A stretch of 64,000 bases of DNA, from assembly GCA_023213395.1 (NCBI GenBank), contig CM041465.1:169639741-169703740 (forward strand), given 5' to 3'. Position 1 is the stretch's first letter, and every line of letters starts with the position of its first letter. Below, in pieces: positions 26,416-36,990 of this stretch. The position numbers were made by a program, and so were the translations under genes. Under the pieces are notes generated by a model. It had not been told where the DNA came from. It made no database searches and was given only the letters and a program-made list of their open reading frames with translations. Origin of the DNA: Cycas panzhihuaensis (lineage: Eukaryota; Plantae; Cycadophyta).

Positions 26416-26838
26416 ATGTCTCTTTACATCTTTACCGATGGTAGAAGCCGCGGTAACCCCGGGTCTTCCGCCGCTGCATGGATTCTTCGTAGCCCCTCCA
26501 GACACGATTTCCTGCATTCCAAGGTCTTCCTTCCCGAGGCAACCGATAACAAAGCTGAGTACACGACCGTTATTGAAGCCCTTACCGATGCTCTCCATTT
26601 CCATAACGGACCCATCGTGTTGCTTTGCAATTCTCAGGTCATGGTGTCCCATCTCACCCAGGTTTACCAAGTGCGATGCCCTCACCTAAGAACCCTTGCA
26701 TCGGCTGCTAGATCTCTCCTAGCTCGTTTCTCGTCAGTTGATATCTAGCACATGCCTCGGGACCTCAATGTTGAGGCAGACGGCCTCGTCTGCCTCATCC
26801 TTGAGCATCGCTTCCCTCTTCTTAGTGACAGCCTTTGA
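26416..26838 (+). pseudogene. Free-standing archaeal-type RNase H (aRH) ORF in the Tat 3' region
   Basis: MSLYIFTDGRSRGNPGSSAAAW..ATDNKAEY..IEAL..LCNSQ..*HMPRDLNVEADGL. One in-frame TAG at 26746; the third catalytic Asp reads Asn (AAT). Confidence 0.9.
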
Positions 26839-27193
26839 GACTCGCCTGGCCGGCCCGTGCTTGAGTCTCTAGTTGCTGTTAGTTCAATGTGCTTGTTCAG
26901 TTTGCCGGATGCCCTCCTATCACTCGTTGCACTTCGGCGACAGGGGCATCCCCTTAATTTGCTCCATTCACTTGTAGGTTGATGTTTAGACAACACGTAG
27001 GTAGCCCCTATGTTATCCTCGTCTCTGTCTCCCTTATCCATGCATTCCGCCATGACACTCGTTGATATCCTTGGTCCATATGCTGTTCATTATTACTTTT
27101 ATATACATATATGCATGTGCTACTGATATCTTTAGTTGTCAGCATTCGTCGTCACGTCACGCTTCCGAGCGGAGGCTCGCTACCATAAAGGGG

Positions 27194-29799
27194 TGTTTCC
27201 CAACTAATGGGAATGGACTCGAGACACATCAACTCAGGTATGTTTAGGTATACGTTATCACTTCTTCCTCCTCTTATTTGAATGAGATTGTTTTAGCAAA
27301 GACTACTTGATATACGTTTGCCTGCCTGTATTGCTTCTCTGCCTGATCATAATGCATGTGCTTACAACACACTCTCAGCCTATGACGACTCACAATGGGG
27401 GCATTCCTCAGCGAATGTTACACTCCATATGGCGCACAACCACCCACTTTGTCTCCACAACCTCCCAGGATGTTTCAGCTGGTCATGTTTACCCTTGTTA
27501 CGACATTTTGCTCGCGTTGCAGTCTCTCCCAAGTCCAATGTAATCCTTGGTTGAGACCCATTTCGCTATTTTGGCTACTTGCCCCTCACCTGGGTATTCC
27601 CCTAGCTGCTCCAGCCTTAATTTATGCTTAATATTGACCCCAAAACCTTTATTTCTGCTTTTTTATTTCTTTTTTTTGTTTCCAGTCTGCAATCAGTAAA
27701 CTTAGCTACATCACGATCTTTGCGCAATGCCAAGTTTACCACGGGACGACTGTTTGAAATTTAAAAAAGAAGAACACGTGATAGTTTTCACTTTTTTCGC
27801 AGAACTTCCACGTGGCACCTGTGTATTTGTAGCGCCCTGACATCCCTAACGTTCACCTGCAGTGAACAGGGGATAAAGGGAGTTTTCCTCTTCATTTTGG
27901 AAGATCTTTTGTTCATTTTTACAACTTTTTGCTCAATTTACATAAAAACATATACAATCCTCACAGAAATCTGCTGCAAGGAGAAATACACTACTGCTGG
28001 CTTACTTTCAGGGACCATTGCTGCCCTTACAGCTCACAAACAGTAGGATTTACATCTACTTGCAGGTTACCAAGGCTTCAAAGAGGAGCATCATCAAAAT
28101 CTCTCAAAAGGCAAGCTACAAATGCCCCAAAACTTACAGGAACATCTTCACACTTCTCTCCTTTCCAAAACTTGCTACTATAATCCACCAAAAGTTGGTG
28201 ATTTCCTACTATTATTCTGGTAAACTCATGTTTGATATCTCCACTTCAAGGTACTCTTACATTTACTTGGTGATTGGTGTTATTTCTTTGTGTTTTTTAG
28301 GATAAGCTCTTAGTTTATTTGCCCTCATATTGCTGTACCCAGTTAACATTACTTTCTTGTTTCCTGCCATAATATTGCTTCTCCAAATCATCCCAACAAA
28401 CCTATTCTTAGGTGGCTGTTGCAAAGGGGCAACACAAAGAGAGTTTGAGGGAGGAAGGTGGGGTTACGTCCCCCTTGCTGTCCTTCTCCCCAAGGGTTCC
28501 GTCCCTTATTCTCTTTCCCTTTGCCTTTAGTGCCTTCCTAGGAATCAGGTTAGGGAGTTTGGAAACTCACTTTCAGAGTCAAACTGGCATTGGCAGCCCA
28601 TTGCCATGCCGGTTCCAGATTTCTGTCCATCGATTTTGGGCATTGCGTAAGCCCTGGAACCTCTCCTTACTGGCTAATGGTTTGCCACTCACCCAATTTG
28701 ACGATTTGCTATTCGTAGCATCTCGTTCTTTGGGCGTTTGCATACCTTTTAATTACCTTCTTCTTTCCCATTATTCGCTACCCCGTGTCCTTGTTGTGAG
28801 CTTATTTCCCATCCTGAGACTAAGTGGAGGTTCCTTATGGGTGAGTGAGCTATTCCGAGGCTATACTCTTCATTTTTGGGTGTCATTTATAGTATTTGTT
28901 GTGGGAGTTTTGTTGAATGTTCTTTTATTGCATAATAATACATAGATGCTTGGCTTAGTTTGATATTATTTCTGCTAAGCTTAGCATATATACTCAACAT
29001 ATTTTTGTGGCCCCTCTTCTGAGAGGGAGATACTCATCTAGTTGACTTGTAGGACCTTGCATTGGTGGAGTTGCATGTAGGATGAAACCCGTTGCAGGTT
29101 AGTTCTATATTTAGTGTTTTGTTATCATTTCTAGTTATTTATTTTTTTCTGTTTTGCTTTTGCACGCATAAGGGGAGGTAAGCTTGCCCCTCATCAGTTG
29201 CTCGCGGCAATCATTGCTGACTAGTGTCGCATGCGTGGCATGTGGAGCAGGAAGGAGTGGGAGACAAAGAGGCGAGTAGCACTCCATTTGGATGCCGAGT
29301 CTAGGTATTTTCCTTGTCCCTGTGTATTTTCTTTATACTGTTGTCTTTTATGCACGTGCTTGCGTAGGTAGAAACATATAAGGAATTGAAATGGGAAAGG
29401 AACATATTTTTTTTGCTTTGCATTTCTTGTATCTAGTGGTTAGTCTAATATACTAGTTAATTTACTTTGTGTTAGAGTTACCTACACTTTTCCGCCTTTT
29501 CCAACCTGCAACTAGACGACACACCTTACTTGCATTCCCGTCCTCGTGTTGCCATCTCACTTCGTTGAGAAGACGCGCATGCCAGGTTCTTTCCTCCTCT
29601 TCCCGGCCATCCGTGGGGTAGGAAGGCCTTGCTTTGTGCAGCTACCTGGAAGTAACCAGGCACCTTTGCAGTTCCAAATCTGCACTCCGGCGCACAGATG
29701 CCCTGCGAGGTGAAGTCCTTGCCGTTTAGCCTAACTTAGTTTTACACAGTCCATTCCCTTTGCTAAATGTAGGGATACCATCCTGCGGGCAGCGTTTCA
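27194..29799 (+). repeat. 3' LTR of the Tat-like element, preceded by PPT AAAGGGG (27187-27193)
   Basis: Aligns with 15596-18199; followed by TSD GATGC. Confidence 0.95.
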
Positions 29800-30213
29800 G
29801 ATGCCCAATGTAAATTTAGGTGTGAGAGACACCATTCCCAAGCTATTTGGTAGAGGTCCCATCATAAGAATACCATGGTAAACATGATCTTATCATAGTC
29901 CTACTTGAAGTAGTAAACTGTAAAATAATCTTCAAAGAATTATTCTAGAGTGGAAACCCAGTTATAAAATTGAATGTGGCTATCCATCCCTAAGTAAGTA
30001 AGCTCAAGATCATCGTTATAGTCGAAAAAGAATTACTTATAGTCATGGTACTAATTAAGAAGACCATATTTTTTATATGGTACAAGTAAGTTCTTGTGAG
30101 CTCTTAGGTCTATTTATCTCTTCTTCTCCTTCCCCCCACCATTTTTTTGAGAGGGTGTCTATAACCAGTTAGCCATGTTAATATTATAACCTTAAAAGTG
30201 ATGGCATGCAATC

Positions 30214-31842
30214 TAATGGAATATAAACTAGCAAGACTATGCTCTGATACAAAATGAAGGAAACAATAATAGCAGGAGAACAGAGCAGAACATATATCAA
30301 ATAACCATAAACCAATATTGCATCAATGTATCAATGTATCACAATCATAATAGCATAAACACATGAAAGCTGTGTTGTTCAATCCATTGTAGTAGAAATG
30401 AGAATTACAAATCTCCTCAAAGGTAGGCGGTGTCTAAAGACACCAGGGTTGTACACCCCATAATATAAATAGTTTTGGGGGAGGAGGGAAACTCCTCAAC
30501 CCCTGAATTTAAAATAACAATAAAATAATATTCACTTAACTCAAATGAAACTAACTTAACTTACCTTAACTTACCTTGACATGTTGAGCATCACATGTCT
30601 AAATTGAGGTGCACAAGCCTGGTAGGTAAGAGGGAGTTGAGTGATGACATTACACTCCAACATTCTCCCCCTTAATGTCAGCACAAACACTTGTATCTTT
30701 TTCTTGAACTTATGGAACTCGTACTTGAAAAAAACTTTGAAATTCTGATCTTGATCTTTATCAAATCTTCTCACCCTTATAGTCACATATGTCTCTTTAT
30801 CATAGAATGATGTAAGAAAACTATAAGTAGATGAAACTTTATGCAAATATAGATGAATAGCTGTAATTTAGACTTTATCAATTGGAACATTAAGAAGGCT
30901 TTGAACTTGAACTTTTGTAATCTTTATGCTTTGAATAAGTGTCATATCATCAGGTTCATTCTTTGTCATATCATCAGATTCAACTGTCATATCATCATGT
31001 TTATTCTTTGTCATATCATCATATTCATTCTTCGTTATGTCATAAGATTCATCTTCATTCTCCCCCTCAAATGGAGGATCAAATCCTTGTGCAACAAGGT
31101 GGTCCTATATTTGATTTGAATCTTCATGGTTGTTGTCGTCATGATCTATCTGTTCTGTTACCTATCCCACATGCTCATCAAAAATTTCATCAAATACATT
31201 GGGGGTATCTTCCCCATAAATGGAAATCAATAAATCCCAAACAGACTTAGAAGTTGTTAATTCAGAAACTAGTGAAAAGACATCATCAGTCATAGTGCAA
31301 AATAATAAACCTAACACTTCATTGTCTTTTCTAAAGTTGTCTTTAATGCTAAGGCCTTGTGCACCTCAATTTAGACATGTGATGCTCAACATGTTAAGGT
31401 AAGTTAAGGTAAGTTGAGTTAGTTTCATTTGAGTTAAGTGAATATTACTTTATTGTTATTTTGAATTCAGGGGTTAAGGAGTTTCCCTCCTCCCCCAAAA
31501 CTATTTATATTATGGGGTGTACAACCCTGGTGTCTTTAGACACTGCCTACCTTTGAGGAGATTTGTAATGCTCATTTCTACTACAATGGATTGAACAACA
31601 AGGCTTTCATGTGTTTATGCTATTGTGATTGTGATACATTGATGTATTGATGCAATATTGGTTTATGGTTATTTTGATATATGTTCTGCCATATTCTCCT
31701 GCTAGTATATTTTCATTCATTTGGTATTAGAGCATAGTCTTGCAAATATTATTTTCCATCATTTGGTATCAGAGTATATTCTTGCAAATATTATTTCCTT
31801 CATTTGGTATCAGAGCTTAGTTTGGCTCTATATTTTCCTTCA
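30214..31842. mobile_element. LTR-derived insertion with inverted LTRs (minus-strand LTR 30662 to 30214; plus-strand LTR about 31352 to 31842) and tandem PBS-att units
   Basis: About 400-bp inverted repeat; TSD CAATC at 30209-30213 and 31843-31847; empty site CAACC at about 48924; PPT AAGGGGGAGAA before TGTTGGAG on the minus strand; TGGTATCAGAG-like units at about 30241-30251 (minus) and 31722, 31764, 31805 (plus). Confidence 0.9.
30939..31060. repeat. About 24-bp tandem repeat (about 5 copies) inside the inverted-LTR element
   Basis: TGTCATATCATCAGGTTCATTCTT-like units. Confidence 0.85.
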
Positions 31843-33846
31843 CAATCCAAATTTGAATAGCCAAAAATTTGTAAAAATTACATTCTAAAATGACATGTAA
31901 TTATAAGTACTTGACTTAAAAAATTCATATCTATTATAGAAAAGGTCCAAAATATGTTATATAATAGCCCAAATTGAAGCCCTCAAAACAAGGAACCCAA
32001 CGAAACTAACAAAACTAGATTTTGAGTCCATATGAAAAGATATGATTAAAATTGTGCAAATAAGTGAAAGAAAATTTAAAACCTGTTTTAATCATCATTA
32101 AGCCCCTTTTTAAATAGAAATTAGGTCTTGTGATGACTGCATTTGACCACTTATTAATATAAAGTGGGGTTCATGGACTACAAACCAACCTCCAATCCAC
32201 TTAAATTAAATAAACCCTTCGAGTATATATATATATATAGAAAAATTCACCTCAATTTTTTTATACTACGCCGATCAATGTGAATCGATCTAGTTAATGT
32301 CAAGAAGTGCCAAATGATCAATGGCAAACTGATTTGGTTAATCAAGGAGTGCCAAATGATAGATGATTGATTCTTCTTGAAGCTTTTGATGATTGCTTAT
32401 TTAATGTAGAATAATAGGCAGAATAAAAGTCTAAGCATGAATTGTGATGCTTCTGTTAATGATTAGCCTTGCATGATTCATTGCATGATTTAGCCCTTTC
32501 TATGCCTCTATGCAATGAGAAACAAAGTGAATTGGAAGGTGAAAGGCAAGAGGGATAAGAGTTATATAGATATAATTTGAGCAATACCAATTGGAGGATA
32601 AATAAACTAGAAATTGACCTTATATCAATAGATTATTGGGATAGATGGCAAGATGTTGATTGGATTAGTTAAGGTCTTCTAGGATAGACATCTAACATGG
32701 AATTTGCATAGCACTCTAGATACACAATAGTTGATTCATCTGTAGGCAAAGCACTTTTCTACTATTTTGTAGAGGCCACTCGAAACCCCTCTACAAGACC
32801 TTTGATTTTGTGGCTTACTATAGGCCCTAGATGCTCGTCATTCAAATATGGAGAACTATAAGAACTTGGACCATTTGGTGTTAACCCAGATGGAAAATCT
32901 CTCTATACAAATTTATACTCATGGAACCAACTAGCAAATACATTATTTTTGGAGTCTCCCATCAAGGTTGGATTCTCTTACTCAAACACTTCTTTATATT
33001 GCAAAAAGAGTGGCAATAAAAAAATAATTGAAGTCTCGTATACTTTTCTTGTGAATTGGTTTGAGAGATTTCCTCAGTATAAAAATTGAGACTTCAACAG
33101 ATAACATAGGAATATATGACTATTGGTGGACATATGTGTTGATATTTAATGAAACATATGGCAACATATAGAAGTTCTATAATTTCTTGAGTTAAGATCC
33201 ACTCTAGTGGAAGCATGGTGATGAGCTCCTAAGCTAGGTTACTAATTATGGATGTAAAGAGTACAAATCTCTTGTATTCTAGATCATCAATAGTATAAAA
33301 CCCTCTAACCAACAATATGACAACTTGTAACTAGATTTCCAATCCTTTAATAATATCATCTTTAACACCTATACTAACAAGGTAGCTAAATTTTAGACAC
33401 CCACAAGAAAGACTTGCTAACTAGATCTTCAACTTGCTAAGCTACACAATCCCACGTTCTTACTATTATTAAATACTCCTACCTTATCCTCCTTAACTCT
33501 TAACCTTCTAACCTATTACATGTGGTATGGATTCATCACACTAATACATATATATTTTGAAGTGTATTATAGCTAGGGCACTCTTCACTTATCCACATTT
33601 TCCTAGATGTATAGTGAGTTATAACATTACGTAAAGTAATAAATTATAAAGGTGTCAAAATGGTTATAAGTGTAGAATAAAGGCATGAATTAGATGATTT
33701 CAATGAGAAATATGGTACTCTTAACACATATATCATCATAATAAAGGCTAATATTAGAGAAATAAAATCATAGTAAAGTATAATTCTAACTAATTTATGA
33801 GCAATAATGTCAAATAAAAAATATCTTTCTTGGCCTTTTAGTTAAG

Positions 33847-35341
33847 TTTTTTTTTTTGATATGGTTTAAATTAATGGGGGATTTAAATAGGGACCCTAAA
33901 CCCTTTTACATCATTTGCCCAATGGCCTACAAAACTATCATGATAAGCCCACAACTTAACTAACCCCCTCGTCACTAACCAATAACTAACCCCCCTCACC
34001 ATCGACAATCCTGGTGGCTAGCTCAATAGAGCCACGACATGCCCTATGGCTAGTATATCTACCTAAGGTTAATGCCCTCCATATCCTTTCTAACCAGACC
34101 TAAAATCTCTTTAGGAAACCTATCCGTCCAGTGGTTGATCCTTTTAGCCTGAATACCCTAGTTAGCCAGCCTATCAACCACCCCGTTACCTTTTTTGTAA
34201 GTGTGTTTAATCTGGCTATCAAGTCTTCCTTTAAGGAGCTTCCTTACATCATTTATTAGAGTATTATGTCTCCAGTCTGGGGCTGCTTCCCCTTTGACTA
34301 GATTTATTATGTTCAATGAGTCCCCTTTTAGGATGACCTTGTCATGGCCTTCCATAGAGATCAACTCCACCACTTTACGCATGGCCTCCATCTCAACATG
34401 ATGATTGGTTTAGAGACCATAATAGTTTGCAAAGGCCCAAATCACCTTCCCTTCTATATTTCTACGAACACCTCCACCACCCGCTTCCCTGGGATTGCCT
34501 TTCAGAGCTCCATCAAAATTTACTTTCATCCATCCCACTAGGGAGGGGGGGACACAATTGCACACTCTTTTTTATTTTATTTTAACTTTGGCTCGATATT
34601 AAGCATCTCCCTCAAGGCCCCAATAATCCTCCTAACTTCCAAACATCCCCTAACAACTTGTTATCTATGATACCTTTTTCTTATAGCAAAAACAAATATC
34701 CTATCTTCACCGAGTAGTCCGTATTAGGGGTCCCAGGCCAAACCATCGCATCTTCCTTAGGGAATCTCAGGATGTAGTTTTTTACTAACTCGTTTCTCAA
34801 GGCTTCTATTTACTCTTTTCCCCCACTATCAGGGAGAAAGTCTTCAAATCATCTCCAATTCTTTAAACTTCCATCATGTTCCTAATAATCCTTAACTCTC
34901 CTCCTATACATCCTTTCGCATAGATTCTGAATCAAGCCTAAGGTGGATCTCTCCTGTAGCTCAAGCCTCCCACACTAGACACCCTCCCAGAGGTCTATCC
35001 TTTCATCATTCCCCAGACTCCACTAGGTCCTAGTTACAAGTAACTTCTTCACATAAATGAGGCTCCTTCAGATCACACAACCCCCCTTTTCTAAGAGATC
35101 GCCCTTTAGGTACTTATTTCCCCTAAGGTATTTTTGGAACATAATATTACACCATTATTTATTATCCTCCTTAGCCAAGATCCATCCTAGCTTTGTTAAC
35201 AAAGCCTTATTAAAACATACTATGTCTTTCACATTAAGCCCACCTACTCGCTTTGGAAGGTAAACTTTCTCCCAAGTAGCAAGATGAATCCTATCACTAT
35301 CCTCCACTCCCGACCACAGGAACCTCTTTTGAATAGACTTA
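33847..35341 (-). mobile_element. 5'-truncated L1-type LINE with RNase H-like domain
   Basis: Poly-T at 33847-33858; VILKGDSLNII..HTYKKGNGVVDRLAN; IHLATWEKVYLPK; 13-bp TSD CCTTTTAGTTAAG (33834-33846 and 35342-35354). Confidence 0.9.
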
Positions 35342-35410
35342 CCTTTTAGTTAAGATCAAGCGTACTATTTATTCTTATTATTTTAATATCTAATACATGG
35401 TTCATTGAAC

Positions 35411-35435
35411 CACACACACACACACACACACATAA

Positions 35436-35495
<60 letters not shown>
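35411..35495. repeat. Compound (CA)n(TA)n microsatellite
   Basis: Direct reading; the CA tract is almost absent at the paralogous site (about 52563). Confidence 0.97.
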
Positions 35496-35949
35496 GCTTG
35501 TCCACCAAGCTATTTTTTAGTGGTTATCTTTGGGCATTGCCATTCAAGCAACCCAAATTCAAATCTTAGTGAGCTTAGAACCCCATGTGTATGTGAGAGA
35601 GGGTAGGAATTTGACATCTTGAAGTTTAGATCTTCTCCATCAAGATAAGTTATCTATCTATATTCTAAAATTCCTCTTAATATAAGCAAAACGATGCTTA
35701 TATCCTCCAACAATGAAGACTAATTGGGATGGACTGAGTGTTTGCTACTACATATTAATAATTTTAAACTTAGTAGGGATCATGGGGTAAGATGCCACCT
35801 TGTTTTTACCTTGCACCCCTTGAAGACAGGTTCTCCATCCTTCAAGGGTGTGTAGGAGGTACATTGAGCACATTTGAAAAAAAAAAAAAAAAATTATTAA
35901 ATAAAAATCCACCAAAAGATCTTAAAAATAACACATAATCATGGACTAG

Positions 35950-36990
35950 ATTAAATAACTTTCATGAAAGCATCCATATGCTAAACTATGGTGGAGTAAT
36001 AAATATTAAACCTAGGATATAGATCAATAAACTTGAACCTTATTTCAAAATTAACCCTCGAGAAGATGTTAAGTGCATCACTTATGCTTCATTGCATCTA
36101 AAGGGAGTAGCTTATGATTGGTTCTTATAGTGGTAAAAATAATCCAATGGCATTATAGTCCTATAGAAAGCATTCATAATTGACTTCCTTAAATACTTTA
36201 AAAATATATGATATAGAGAATGCTTCAAATACTTAGCTCAATTATAACATGTTAGTATAGTAAAATAATATAAAACTAAGTATTAATCATTGTCTTCTTG
36301 GGTAAGAAATATACCAAAAAGGGAATTATTAGAACTTTACATTATTAGACATAAGGATGAGATATGTAACGAGTTAAAGTGTAATGCTCCATAAAATGCT
36401 CTAGGTTCTATTGAAAAGGCCAACCATATAGAATAAAGGAATATAGACTAGAAAAGTAGTTTATACTAAACCATATCTAATTTTGTAAGGACCTCTTTTT
36501 GGTTAAATAGGGAGATGATTACAATAAAAATACCTTAACTAATGCTACAAATAAATCTTTTGGTAATTATATTAGTAAATATAAGAGGAAATTCCAATCA
36601 ACTAGAAAAATCTTCATAAATGAAGGAAAGGAATAACTTAGAATAAAGTAAAGTAAATTATTTGTTCTCCATAAAAAATATAAATAGTATATTATTTTGA
36701 AGAAAAGAAGTTGCTTTCTTTACTAGCACAAGAATAAGAAGAAGATCATGATGAAGGGTAAAAATAGAAGACCATGAAGAAGATGATGTAAGATGATTTA
36801 CTAAAGTGGAATTAGTAGAAACTTCTACAAAGGTATCTTTGGTAGTAATTATAGTTATAATCACTCTTCATATTATAATAATTAAAGGATATGTAAGTAA
36901 TAAAAAAATTGTAATGCTCATTAATACTTGAATTATTTGTAAATTCATCGATATATATTATGCAAAGAGGCATAAAATGCATATTTACGT
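35950..36990 (+). mobile_element. Degraded chromovirus-type Gypsy gag and protease (continues after the Copia at 43860 and at 60892-61670)
   Basis: INKLEPYFKINP..ITYASLHLKGVAYDWF (gag); IKGYVSNKKIVMLINT (protease-like); YHHKNEVERIIENM (RT start) at about 43880. Confidence 0.7.

Larger units (their letters stand above)
15596..29799 (+). mobile_element. 14.2-kb Ty3/Gypsy Tat-like LTR retrotransposon, non-autonomous (RT/RH/INT deleted)
   Basis: Two about 2.6-kb TG..CA LTRs, TSD GATGT/GATGC, single GATGC at the empty site (about 48516), tRNA-Arg-type PBS, PPT, gag/PR, PMD and aRH ORFs. Confidence 0.95.
14780..33540 (-). mobile_element. Old degraded minus-strand Gypsy sequence (pieces 14780-15590, 29805-30208, 31848-33540) hosting later insertions
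   Basis: PPT AAAGGGAGAGG at about 14794-14804, integrase-like KLAP remnant at about 15075, gag-like remnant at about 33290-33360, and an LTR start at 33540. Continuous in copy B (47690-50621). No TSD match, so it may be more than one element. Confidence 0.5.

Noticed and set aside
31720-31842. CRISPR-like repeat-spacer appearance of the PBS array
   Set aside because: The 'spacers' are homologous to each other and to the LTR end, the repeat is a tRNA PBS, the context is eukaryotic, and there are no cas genes.
35812-35852. Small hairpin CACCCCTTGAAG...CTTCAAGGGTG (also about 52893-52930)
   Set aside because: Too short, with no TSD or partner terminus to call a MITE or miRNA.
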